From: Candidatus Woesearchaeota archaeon
GTDB taxonomy: Archaea; Nanobdellota; Nanobdellia; Woesearchaeales; JAZDKJ01
DNA length: 64,000 bases
Assembly (NCBI GenBank): GCA_043803105.1
Contig: JAZDKJ010000006.1
Coordinates: forward strand, 416,001-480,000
Direction: 5' to 3'
Position numbers and translations under genes: made by a program. The notes beneath the pieces were generated by a model that was given only the letters and a program-made list of their open reading frames with translations, did no database searches and had not been told where the DNA came from. This document shows positions 48,489 to 57,482 of this stretch, in pieces (the stretch's first letter is position 1; the number at the start of each line of letters is the position of its first letter).

Positions 48489-49841
48489 ATGAGAAAGGTT
48501 TTTTTGTTTTGTTTAGTTTTTGTTATTTTGGCCTCTTCTGCTTATGCAAATACTGTTGTGCTTTCCCCTGGTTCTGATATAGGCCAGGAATACATCTACA
48601 ATGATCCAAGCGGATATTCTGGTTCTGCTGTGTCCTTGACTTATGATGCTGTGATGGAGAATTTTCATGCTGTGTTCGATGGCTCTGGCCTTAAGCCAGG
48701 CTTCACTTACCAGGTAAAGCTGTTTGGTACGCCTACCTGTGCGGGAGGCAGTGATGCTACGAATGAGCGGATTGGTTTTGCAGGCAGGTGGTTTTGTCCG
48801 CTTTGCCCCGGTGATTCAAATGCAAAAAACAGGAACGATGCCCAGTACCTTGCAAACAAAGCCAAGAGTGATTCTGATCCAACCAAGGAATGCATCTATG
48901 GTTATCTTATTTTTAGCTATCTTACATCAAGCGGCACAATTTCTGACTTTGATGTTTCAGCAAACAGAAGCTATCACGTTTTGAGATGTGGTGCTTCTGA
49001 TTCCAAACTTTATCTTGTCAACAAGTCAGCTCCGCCATTTAGCACAAATGCACTCAAGTGTACCTTTCCAAAACTCTGCAATGCAGCTGATGTGGTTGGC
49101 GACCTCGAAAGGCCTTCCTTCAACTCACTTCCTTCAGGAGATTATCAAAATGTTCATATTGTGCTTACAGAAGAAAGCTTTCATCAGTCTTGCGGCACTT
49201 GGGCCAATGTCTTGGCTGGTGATCTAAGTTTTACTATACAACCGGCTGTTCCGCAGCCTGAGCCAGATCTCCTTGATGAGGTTAATATAGGAGACCTTTC
49301 CAGTGAGTCTGGCCATAATGTTACTGGCTGGAGCTCTCCTGATTGGAATACTGCCGGTTGTTATGGTGGCGGTGACGACCAGACCTTAAGGACTGTGCTT
49401 CCAAGGTCTCCTGAGTGCACCTCTGATGATAAGATTTCATATTTCACTTTGTCAACAGATAGCATTGCTGAACAGTTGAAATTGCGGCATCTCATAGGCA
49501 GTGAGAATGATGCTTATGAGCTCTATGTTAAGGAGAGTGGTTCCTGGGTTTTGCTAAGCCCTGTTTCCAGTTCTGACCAGGTTTGTGGTGAGTGCAATAG
49601 CCAGGAATGCTGGTATACTGATTTATTTAATGTGCCTAACTTGTCAGGCAAGATAGAATTCAAGGTTGTTGCCTTGACAATTCCGACTTCCTGGTGTGCT
49701 GATTGGGGTCTCAACGCCTTCAGCTGGGCTAAGCTCTTTGGGAGTGAAACACCTGGTCCTGTGCCTGAATTCGGCGCTTTCGGGATATTGTTTGCAGTTT
49801 TTGGAGGGGTAACAGGATTTTTTATCCTGAAAAAGAGATGA
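48489..49841 (+). CDS. two-domain secreted surface protein with PEF(G)-CTERM tail (3 of 5)
   Basis: Signal peptide; C-terminal domain paralogous to ORF 47829; VPEFGAFGILFAVFGGVTGFFILKKR. Confidence 0.88.
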   Translation: MRKVFLFCLVFVILASSAYANTVVLSPGSDIGQEYIYNDPSGYSGSAVSLTYDAVMENFHAVFDGSGLKPGFTYQVKLFGTPTCAGGSDATNERIGFAGRWFCPLCPGDSNAKNRNDAQYLANKAKSDSDPTKECIYGYLIFSYLTSSGTISDFDVSANRSYHVLRCGASDSKLYLVNKSAPPFSTNALKCTFPKLCNAADVVGDLERPSFNSLPSGDYQNVHIVLTEESFHQSCGTWANVLAGDLSFTIQPAVPQPEPDLLDEVNIGDLSSESGHNVTGWSSPDWNTAGCYGGGDDQTLRTVLPRSPECTSDDKISYFTLSTDSIAEQLKLRHLIGSENDAYELYVKESGSWVLLSPVSSSDQVCGECNSQECWYTDLFNVPNLSGKIEFKVVALTIPTSWCADWGLNAFSWAKLFGSETPGPVPEFGAFGILFAVFGGVTGFFILKKR

Positions 49842-50470
49842 AGAAGATTTGGATTTTGGTTTTGTTGGTTCTTCTAGCTACTACTGTGTCTGGCTTTAAT
49901 TACATCCAACTTGACTATCTTGACTTTGGCGATGTGCAGAGCGAGCTTGGCCATGGCCTTTCAAGCTGGGGAGATCCTTATTCTGGATTCTTCTGCGGCA
50001 GCGATAATGAGACCCTTCGCGCTGCAATTGGCAAGTATTATTCCTGCATAACCGACGATAAGGTCGCTTATTTTGAGATGTACACTAACATGAGCGCAAA
50101 GCAGCTTCAGCTACGACATTTGCAACGCTCCATTTACGACATTTATGACCTTTATGTCTGGAACGGACATTCCTGGACAAAGATATCCAAGGCTTCAAGC
50201 TCTGACGAAACTTGCGGGAGCTGCACCTCTCATCATTGCTGGTTCACTGACAACTATAACCTGAACATGTACACAGGTGTGATTAAATTCAAGATAGTTT
50301 CCACCTGGACTCCTACTCCTTTGGCTTGCAGGGATTATGGAGTCAATCCTTTCAGCTGGGCCAGGCTTAATGGTCCTGAATCAGATCCCCTTCCAGAGTT
50401 TGGCACCATTGCTGCCTTGCTTGCATTAGTTGGTGCGTCACTTTCCTTTTTGGTTTTAAGGAAAAAATAG
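49838..50470 (+). CDS. secreted surface protein with PEF(G)-CTERM tail (4 of 5)
   Basis: Signal peptide; same Cys/Trp domain; LPEFGTIAALLALVGASLSFLVLRKK. Confidence 0.88.
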   Translation: MKKIWILVLLVLLATTVSGFNYIQLDYLDFGDVQSELGHGLSSWGDPYSGFFCGSDNETLRAAIGKYYSCITDDKVAYFEMYTNMSAKQLQLRHLQRSIYDIYDLYVWNGHSWTKISKASSSDETCGSCTSHHCWFTDNYNLNMYTGVIKFKIVSTWTPTPLACRDYGVNPFSWARLNGPESDPLPEFGTIAALLALVGASLSFLVLRKK

Positions 50471-50488
50471 ACTGGAGGTAGATCTGAA

Positions 50489-50920
50489 ATGAGAAAACAA
50501 ATTTTATGTCTAGTGGCCTTATTGGCCTTGTCAACATCTGTTCTAGCGCATGTTGGCTCAATTGATGAAGAATGCCAAACCTATGGTTTTGATTTTGGCA
50601 TTGCCAGGTGGGGCTACGATTACGGGCATTTTGAGCTCGAAGAGCACGTCGGGAACTACACCACTCACGTGACTGGTGATGATGATGCTGCAAGCTGGAC
50701 CGCAAACCCTGAAGTTTCAGGAGTGCTTGTGAAGTCATCAACCAATACCACAGTGTTTCCTGGAGGCACTTCAGGTAATCTTGTCGGCTATACCCATCAT
50801 GGAATAAGCCATGTCACTTTTTGCGGCAAGTATGAAGAAGTGCCTGAGTTTGGCACAATCACAGCATTGCTTGCCTTGGGCGGTGCTATGACAGGGTTTT
50901 TTGTCTTGCGCAGGAAATAA
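50489..50920 (+). CDS. secreted surface protein with PEF(G)-CTERM tail (5 of 5)
   Basis: Signal peptide; ISHVTFC; VPEFGTITALLALGGAMTGFFVLRRK. Confidence 0.88.
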   Translation: MRKQILCLVALLALSTSVLAHVGSIDEECQTYGFDFGIARWGYDYGHFELEEHVGNYTTHVTGDDDAASWTANPEVSGVLVKSSTNTTVFPGGTSGNLVGYTHHGISHVTFCGKYEEVPEFGTITALLALGGAMTGFFVLRRK

Positions 50921-51001
50921 GTTAGTTGCTGCAAGCCCTGCTTGCAGTGGCAATTATTTTTCGACAAAAAGCTTTTTATTAGCTTGATGTATTTCCGAAC
51001 C

Positions 51002-51739
51002 ATGCGTGAAATAACTCCGAAAGGTTATCCTTATACTTGCCTTGAGCATGTCCTTAAGGGTTCTTCTGTTAAGGTCGTGGGTGTGAACCATGAGATGCCT
51101 TTCTTTTTTAGCAACTTGAAGAACCTTTGCGACCTGATTGACTGTAGTGCCGCTACTGTTATTGAGCAGCCAACCAATTGTGAGTTTTGGGAGGTTCCTT
51201 TTTTTGCTTATCTAGGTGCCATTGCCGCAGTCAAGAAGCGGCGCGTTTTTGTCTGTGACCCATTGAATGAGCCCTTGCATCAGACTGAGCTCAACCTTTG
51301 GGCTGCCGGTTTCCCCTTGACTTTGATAGGTTTTGAAGGCATGCGAAGGAATCTGAGTCGAAGGGACTTTGTGAAGTCTGGCATTACCGCATTGCTTGGC
51401 GCTGCTTTCTTGAATGGCCAGTATCCAATGCTTTATCCTGAGATATTCACCAGCAAAAGAATTGATGCGCTTCCCTCTCACACCGGTTGGGGTGTGTTTG
51501 ATTACAGGAATACTATCATTGCCCAAGGCCTAAGTTTGCTTAGAGAACGCTTTGATTCTGTTACCGTATTCCACGGTGAGACACATTGCAATGCAATTTC
51601 AAGATATGTTGAGCATGATTTCCTTAGGCTCAAGCGCTTTCTTTATTATCCCCTCAAGCTGTATTCAAGCTCAACCATGAGGGAGTACAAGGTTGAAGGC
51701 CTTTCCTGGAAGCTTGTTTCAGAAGAGAAGTTGCTTTGA
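51002..51739 (+). CDS. hypothetical protein, possible TraB/Tiki/GumN-like metallo-fold with internal SRRDF motif
   Basis: VVGVNH, VIEQ, DYRNTIIAQGL, HGETH; internal hydrophobic-SRRDFVK-hydrophobic segment. Confidence 0.5.
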   Translation: MREITPKGYPYTCLEHVLKGSSVKVVGVNHEMPFFFSNLKNLCDLIDCSAATVIEQPTNCEFWEVPFFAYLGAIAAVKKRRVFVCDPLNEPLHQTELNLWAAGFPLTLIGFEGMRRNLSRRDFVKSGITALLGAAFLNGQYPMLYPEIFTSKRIDALPSHTGWGVFDYRNTIIAQGLSLLRERFDSVTVFHGETHCNAISRYVEHDFLRLKRFLYYPLKLYSSSTMREYKVEGLSWKLVSEEKLL

Positions 51740-51819
51740 AACCCTTTTAAGAAAACGTCCGTAATCTTTTCGCTTTTTTCAACGTAATGTTTAAATACTT
51801 GATGTAACCCATTCCCCTT

Positions 51820-52023
51820 ATGAGCGAAGCAGCGATTCCTAAGAGAATTGAAGATGAGTTGAGGCAGATTAAGTCAGATCTAGAAAATATTAAGGAGCGC
51901 ATGGTTGATATTGATAGCATCATGACCGAGGATGATTATGGAGCTTTGCAGGAATACAGGAAGGAAGAGAAAGCAGGTCTACTGATGTCTCACAAGCAAG
52001 TTAAGGAAGAATTGGGATTGTGA
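51820..52023 (+). CDS. putative antitoxin
   Basis: Acidic 67-aa ORF ending SHKQVKEELGL, overlapping a RelE-like toxin. Confidence 0.75.
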   Translation: MSEAAIPKRIEDELRQIKSDLENIKERMVDIDSIMTEDDYGALQEYRKEEKAGLLMSHKQVKEELGL

Positions 52024-52280
52024 TGCTTGATGCTTTGTATTCTAATCAATCTTTGAAGTTCTTAAAGAAGATTGATAAACAACTTGCTGGAAGAATAATA
52101 CAAAAAATTGAGAGTCTTCAGCAAGATACATCTCCTACTGATGTAAAGGTGATTGAAGGTTACAAGGAAAAGTTGTTTCGAGTTCGTGTTGGCGATTACC
52201 GAATTCTCTTTACCTTGAATCATGATAAAGGATTTGTGGGCATAGTTAAAATAGACAAACGGTCAAGGGTATACAAGTAG
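52023..52280 (+). CDS. RelE/ParE-family toxin
   Basis: KFLKKID..RIIQKIESL, LFRVRVGDYRILF, IDKRSRVY. Confidence 0.9.
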   Translation: MLDALYSNQSLKFLKKIDKQLAGRIIQKIESLQQDTSPTDVKVIEGYKEKLFRVRVGDYRILFTLNHDKGFVGIVKIDKRSRVYK

Positions 52281-52574
52281 TCTCTTTGTTCTGCTAAGCC
52301 TTAAAAAGTATACAGCTAACAAGAGAAGAGTGATCCCTCCCAGATATATCCACAGGTTTGTTGCTGTTATTCCTCCGGTGATGTCTTTCATTCTCTTGTT
52401 GTATCCGAGGAAGAGCCCAACTGCAATATCAACGCAGATTGAGAGCACAAACCCTAAGCCAATCTTTTCCAACTGGTCAAGCTCTTTGAAGAAGATTAGT
52501 GAGAGCAAGTATCCTGGTATGAATAGTGCTAATGGAAGCCCTACGATGATTCTGATTATGTCTAGAAGCATCAT
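52263..52574 (-). CDS. DUF1616 N-terminal-like membrane protein
   Basis: LFIPGYLLSLIFF..LDQLEKIGLGFVLSI; 3 TM. Confidence 0.75.
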   Translation of the reverse strand: MMLLDIIRIIVGLPLALFIPGYLLSLIFFKELDQLEKIGLGFVLSICVDIAVGLFLGYNKRMKDITGGITATNLWIYLGGITLLLLAVYFLRLSRTKRLLVYP

Positions 52575-53536
52575 TTTTCCCTCAGCTTGAATCTTAGTGC
52601 TGAATTGCTGTACATGTCTGTCTTTCCCTGCATTGTGTTTTCGCAATCAAAGCTTGCTCTTCCCTCTCCAGAATCTAATACTCCCTGGTCTGGATTAATC
52701 CTTGTTTCTCCTATCTGTATGTATTGAACGTACAGGTTTCTGTCTTCATTCTTCTCTGGATTGTAATAATCATTGTCAAAACCCATGTCCATGATTCCTG
52801 ACCCTATCTCGTGTGCTACTGTGTAATTGCTGTTGTTGTGCACTGTCGCAGTGTATATTCTTGTTCCGTTCAGGTAGATGCTCATGTTTGGATTTATTGT
52901 CCCGCTTGCGTATACTGTGAAGTAAGCTGCCTTTGTTATGTTGATTTCACTTAAGCAGTCAATCCTTCCGATAAAGTCTTGGTAAGGCATCACCACTTCC
53001 TTGTTGTATGCAAAGAAATGTATCTCCTGGTCTTTGTTCATTATTTCCGTTGTTATTTTAGCTTTTAGGAATGTCTTGTTAATTGAGAAGCTTACTGTTT
53101 TGTTCATTAACTCTCCTTTCTTTACTGTGATGTTTTCGTAATTGTCAAAATCTTGTTGTGTTTGGTTGCCTTCTGTGATTTCTGCAAATATCCTTACTTC
53201 ATACGTGAAGCTTCCGTTCTCAAGGTTATGGATGCTGAAAGTGTATGTTTGCAGTTGTCCTTCTGTGATCATCTTCGGCAGGTTTGTGTGGTTCTGGAAA
53301 TATAGCTCTGTGAAGTATTCTGGTGCAGGCCTTGCAATTATGAGCGTGACTATTACAATCACTATTCCTATTGCGAGCGAGAATATGATTGCATTGTATA
53401 AAGTGTTTTCTTCCTTTTCTAGCTCTTCAGGTGTTTTTTGAGGAGCTTCTTCTGTAAGTCTCTTCCAGAGGCTTTTCTTTTTTGGCTGTGTCGTCTTGCT
53501 CTTTTTCCAGTACCTTGGGGCCTCTATCTCGTTCAT
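52571..53536 (-). CDS. membrane-anchored DUF1616 C-terminal-like Ig domain plus Ca-dependent CBM-like domain
   Basis: TM then EYFTELYF..IHNLE..EIHF; FDNDYY..EDRNLYVQYIQI resembles CBM60-type motif; many NxT/S sequons. Confidence 0.65.
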   Translation of the reverse strand: MNEIEAPRYWKKSKTTQPKKKSLWKRLTEEAPQKTPEELEKEENTLYNAIIFSLAIGIVIVIVTLIIARPAPEYFTELYFQNHTNLPKMITEGQLQTYTFSIHNLENGSFTYEVRIFAEITEGNQTQQDFDNYENITVKKGELMNKTVSFSINKTFLKAKITTEIMNKDQEIHFFAYNKEVVMPYQDFIGRIDCLSEINITKAAYFTVYASGTINPNMSIYLNGTRIYTATVHNNSNYTVAHEIGSGIMDMGFDNDYYNPEKNEDRNLYVQYIQIGETRINPDQGVLDSGEGRASFDCENTMQGKTDMYSNSALRFKLREK

Positions 53537-53715
53537 AAGCCTGGTGTTCCCTGTGCCTTATTTAAAGGTTTATTGCTGTGGTGACTTTTATGATCATCTA
53601 AAACACCTTAAACTTGGAGTATTATACCGAGGCCAAGAAAATCGTCATTACATGGTATCTGTTATATTTTTGTAACATTTGTAATAAAATTATAACTTTT
53701 ACCTCTTTCTTCTTT

Positions 53716-54198
53716 TCAACCTGGTCGGGTTATTTTTCCAGAAAGCTTTCTCCTATATTCATCCACTTCCTTCTCAGTCAGGCGCGACACCACTTCATCA
53801 AAGTTGGCAACAAATATTTTCGCTTCTTGAAGCATTTTTCTCACTGTTGGCGCTTGGCCAACCCTCATGTAGTACTGGGCGTCTATCCTCTTATTTTTGT
53901 GCTCGTTAATCGTTCTGGTCGTGTCTTCCCCTAAGAGAAATGTTGCGGCCAGGATTGAGCAGGCATGATTCTGGCATTTGATGCCGATTTTTTGGAGGAA
54001 GGAGTAGAGGGCATAGTATTCTGAATAGTAAATGGCCACAGTTGCCCACAAAAGGTCGTTATCATTCAGGTCCTTCTCTGCGCGCAGCAAGGATGATTTG
54101 GCTTCTTTCAGGTAGGATTTTGACAGGTTTTCATTTGGTTCAGTCAGCCTTAGGCCATCCTTCAGCCCAAAACACCATCTGATTTGTCTATCTGGCAT
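53716..54198 (-). CDS. HEPN domain protein
   Basis: YLKEAKSSL, YYSEYY, NHACSI, KRIDAQYY; coupled to MNT gene. Confidence 0.85.
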   Translation of the reverse strand: MPDRQIRWCFGLKDGLRLTEPNENLSKSYLKEAKSSLLRAEKDLNDNDLLWATVAIYYSEYYALYSFLQKIGIKCQNHACSILAATFLLGEDTTRTINEHKNKRIDAQYYMRVGQAPTVRKMLQEAKIFVANFDEVVSRLTEKEVDEYRRKLSGKITRPG

Positions 54199-54772
54199 AG
54201 TGGTCCCACATTAAGTTAACATAGAGTGAATGGTTGTTTAGTATCACGTGACTTTCTTCTATCTCTTTGATTAGTGGTTCGTTCTGCCTGATGGCTTTGA
54301 CAAGTGTTCCTTGCTGCATTGCAACCTTGTGAATGTTTACTGGCAATAGTTGGAAAGCCTGCACCTGCTTTGTTGAGGGCTCTTGAACTATGAGTATGTC
54401 CACGTCCGAGTCTTTTGTTGAGGTCATCTTTGCATAGCTGCCGAAGACAACTATCAGCAAGTTTGTGTTGATTGCCTTGAGAAAGGTCTTGAAGAAGCCG
54501 TAATGTTCCAGGAACCGGATTGTTTGGTAAATCTCTGCTTGGAGCAGCATTGACTTTGCTTGAACGTTTTCAAGATTGAGGGCAAAATATTTATTCTTTC
54601 CTTCCAGGCTGCTTCTTAATAAGGTCTCTTTTTCTAAGGTTGCAAGCACGTTTTGTGCTGTCTTAAGTGGCATTTTTGTCAACCTCGAGATTTCCCTTAG
54701 GTAAAATCTCTTCCTGTAGTCTGTCCTGAATAGTGAAATGACGTCAAAAACATTGTTTCTTTTTGGATACAT
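54188..54772 (-). CDS. wHTH-fused minimal nucleotidyltransferase (MNT)
   Basis: YLREISR HTH; VFGSYAK..KDSDVDILIV (GSx10DxD). Confidence 0.88.
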   Translation of the reverse strand: MYPKRNNVFDVISLFRTDYRKRFYLREISRLTKMPLKTAQNVLATLEKETLLRSSLEGKNKYFALNLENVQAKSMLLQAEIYQTIRFLEHYGFFKTFLKAINTNLLIVVFGSYAKMTSTKDSDVDILIVQEPSTKQVQAFQLLPVNIHKVAMQQGTLVKAIRQNEPLIKEIEESHVILNNHSLYVNLMWDHYAR

Positions 54773-54844
54773 ATGTATCAATAAGTATACAATACTATTT
54801 AAGCCTTGCCTTTTTTTAATACTCCTGAGACAACCCTATTCATA

Positions 54845-55153
54845 TCACGTACTGCCTTTTTCACTCTTGATTCCCCTTCCTCTGTGTATCCTCTCCATTA
54901 CGTCCTCTTCCTTGAACCCTTTCTTCTTTGCAAAATCTCTTCCCCTCTTTGACAGTTTCCTGTTTAGCTCTCTGCCGAGCTTGATTGCTTCCTCTTCAGT
55001 GAAAGTGCTTTTCTCCTTGAATTTTTTTATGAATTCCAGCTCTTGCACCTTGTCGTTGAAAGCCTGCCTGGCTATTGCGCTCCAGTTTATCTCCGCAAAA
55101 TTGTCCATTTTCCTTTTCAGCTCATTAGGCAATGCAATTGTCATGTTTACCAT
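54845..55153 (-). CDS. ribbon-helix-helix antitoxin-like protein
   Basis: MVNMTIALPNELKRKM..EINWSAIARQA; no cognate toxin adjacent. Confidence 0.7.
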   Translation of the reverse strand: MVNMTIALPNELKRKMDNFAEINWSAIARQAFNDKVQELEFIKKFKEKSTFTEEEAIKLGRELNRKLSKRGRDFAKKKGFKEEDVMERIHRGRGIKSEKGST

Positions 55154-55389
55154 AGTATCACCCTGTGTATTATGTGTAAACATGTGTGAATATTTAAACA
55201 TTATGTTCATTACCAGTAAAGTTGGCTTAATAAGACTATATCTCTCTTTTCCGAAAATCTTCCTGTTCTTGCCTGTTTATTCTCTTTCCAATTCATGAAC
55301 ATTTATGATTAGTTATTACTATTAAGAAACAAAAAGGTTTAAATACTATCTAGGAGTACTAGCGAATATTCAGATTAGGGGATGTTTAG

Positions 55390-56364
55390 ATGAACGACTT
55401 AAATACAGTTTACAAGCTAGTTACTATCTTTCTTTATAGCGTTTTCTTTACCTATGCTGCAGTCTATTACTTTAAGAAAAAGTGCGTCAAATATGGCTAT
55501 TTGGTTGAGGACAAATACAAGCCTGGGAAGCCAAAGATTCCTACTTTGGGTGGAATTCCTATGTTTGTTGGTGTTATGGCCTCGCTTTCCCTTTCTCAGT
55601 TGCTTGTTAAGAATGGAGCTATAGGTAAATTGTTCATTTTCTATTTTGTTGTTACAGTTTACACGCTTTACGGTGTTGTTGATGACATGTTCTCCTTCAA
55701 GCAGAGATATGATAAGATTCTGATATTGCTTGTTTTAAGTCTTCCTATTGCTTCACTGATTTCGATTAATACTATCTCTGTTTTTGGCCATTCTTTCTAT
55801 TTTGATGGCTTTTTGCCTTATTTGCTTGTGCCTTTGTATATTATGGTGGTTGCCAACCTTGTTAATGTCTATTCCGGCTTTAATGGCCTTGCTACTGGTC
55901 TAACCTTGATCATGTTCATCTTTGCCGGTGTCAAGTCTTACCTTGTTTCTGGCTTGGATAATCTTATTTACCTTTTACCGTGCTTTGGTGCCTTGCTAGT
56001 GTTTTATTTCTTCAACAAGTATCCTGCCTCATTCCATGAAGGCAATGTTGGAGCTTTCATGATAGGCTCCACCTTGGGAGCTTTCCTGATCATTAGCAAG
56101 CTGGAGGTCTTTGGTTTGCTTTTGTTGTTGCCTCACATTGTCAACTTCATCCTTGACACTTGGGTTCTTACGATTCGCAAAGTGCCTGATGTCAAGTTTG
56201 GCAGAGTGAGAAGGGATGGAACAATAGAGGTGCCTTATACCGTGAGGCACAAGAGCTTGAAGTTCATTGCTGCTCATTACCTCAAGCTCACCGAGAGCTC
56301 TGCAGTATGGCTTCTGTATATCCCCACAATCATTTGTGGGTTGATAGGGGTGTGGTATCTTTGA
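55390..56364 (+). CDS. polyprenol-phosphate GlcNAc-1-phosphate transferase (AglH/Alg7/MraY family)
   Basis: D.YKPGKPKIPTLGG, GVVDD, NLVNVYSGFNGL, FNKYPA..GNVGA; multi-TM. Confidence 0.9.
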   Translation: MNDLNTVYKLVTIFLYSVFFTYAAVYYFKKKCVKYGYLVEDKYKPGKPKIPTLGGIPMFVGVMASLSLSQLLVKNGAIGKLFIFYFVVTVYTLYGVVDDMFSFKQRYDKILILLVLSLPIASLISINTISVFGHSFYFDGFLPYLLVPLYIMVVANLVNVYSGFNGLATGLTLIMFIFAGVKSYLVSGLDNLIYLLPCFGALLVFYFFNKYPASFHEGNVGAFMIGSTLGAFLIISKLEVFGLLLLLPHIVNFILDTWVLTIRKVPDVKFGRVRRDGTIEVPYTVRHKSLKFIAAHYLKLTESSAVWLLYIPTIICGLIGVWYL

Positions 56365-57482
56365 GAATTCTTATGCTAGGTGTCAAGGAATATCCTTACG
56401 GTGTCTCGGCCAAGTTTGAGAGTTCTCCTGGTGGCGGCACTGCCAAGTATGTGATTGCCTTGGCTCAAGGTCTAGTAAAAAAAGGCCACACTGTTGACTT
56501 AATAGTACGGCGAATGCCTGGTCAAAAGAGCTTTGAATTATCAAAGGGCATCAACATACATAGGGTGGCTTGGATAAATAATAAGTACCTTCGTCTGCCG
56601 GTCTTTAATCTTATGGCTTTCTTTAGGGGTCTCAAGCTAGCCAAGAAATCGGACGTGATTCATTGTCACGGAAGTTTTTCCCCATTTTTTGGTTTAACCT
56701 TAGGTAGATTGTACCTCAAAAGGGTAATTGGTACACCTCATGGGACAACATCTTTCGCAATGCGGTATAAATACGGTAGAATCTTAACAAGTGTAGTTGA
56801 GTATCTGGAACGCACAACTTTCTCACGTTTGGACTCAATTGCTTTTCTGAGCGAGCAAGAGGAAAAGAACATTTGCACCTCGTTGTTACTTACTCCAAAG
56901 AAATCTGTAATCATTCCTCCTGCAATAAGGGTGCCAAAATACCGACCAGTTGCAAAATCAAGAAAATTTAGGATTATTTTTGTGGGTAGAATTGCCCCGG
57001 TCAAAAAGATAGACAATCTGATAACTGCACTGGCCTTGCTTCCCACGGATATTAGGAACAAAGTGGAATTGCTTATTCTCGGTGAAGGTGATCAAAAATC
57101 AGAGCTTGTTGAGCTGGCAAAGAATCTCAAAGTTGATCATTTGGTGAAATTTGTGGGTTACACCACTAATGTTTTTGGTTACTTAAGGAGTTCAGACTTG
57201 TTTATCCTCCCCTCAGAACGTGAAGGTTTTCCTTGCTCTGTTCTGGAAGCCATGAGCGTTGGCACAGCTATTGCCTTACCTGCTTTGGGTCTGCCGATTT
57301 CATCCTTGTATGCAATGAAAGATAACAACCCCAAAACCATTGCCAAGACCGTTTGTCTCTTCTTGTCTCAGCCAGACCTCTCAAAGAAATTCGGATCCCG
57401 GTCGCAAATTGAGTTTAACGAAAGATTTAGCGTTGATTCTTTGGTAAACAGACATCAGCATCTTTACAGTGATGTGGCATGA
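56361..57482 (+). CDS. GT4 glycosyltransferase
   Basis: GGTAKY, IHCHG, FVGRIAPVK, PSEREGFPCSVLEAMS. Confidence 0.92.
   Translation: MRILMLGVKEYPYGVSAKFESSPGGGTAKYVIALAQGLVKKGHTVDLIVRRMPGQKSFELSKGINIHRVAWINNKYLRLPVFNLMAFFRGLKLAKKSDVIHCHGSFSPFFGLTLGRLYLKRVIGTPHGTTSFAMRYKYGRILTSVVEYLERTTFSRLDSIAFLSEQEEKNICTSLLLTPKKSVIIPPAIRVPKYRPVAKSRKFRIIFVGRIAPVKKIDNLITALALLPTDIRNKVELLILGEGDQKSELVELAKNLKVDHLVKFVGYTTNVFGYLRSSDLFILPSEREGFPCSVLEAMSVGTAIALPALGLPISSLYAMKDNNPKTIAKTVCLFLSQPDLSKKFGSRSQIEFNERFSVDSLVNRHQHLYSDVA

Noticed and set aside
47938-49420. Near-identical DNA blocks as a DGR template/variable repeat pair
   Set aside because: Both copies lie in coding paralogs, differences are not adenine-specific, and there is no reverse transcriptase in the window.
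53614-55298. Plus-strand ORFs 53614-53934 and 54738-55298
   Set aside because: Antisense shadows of the HEPN, MNT and RHH genes.
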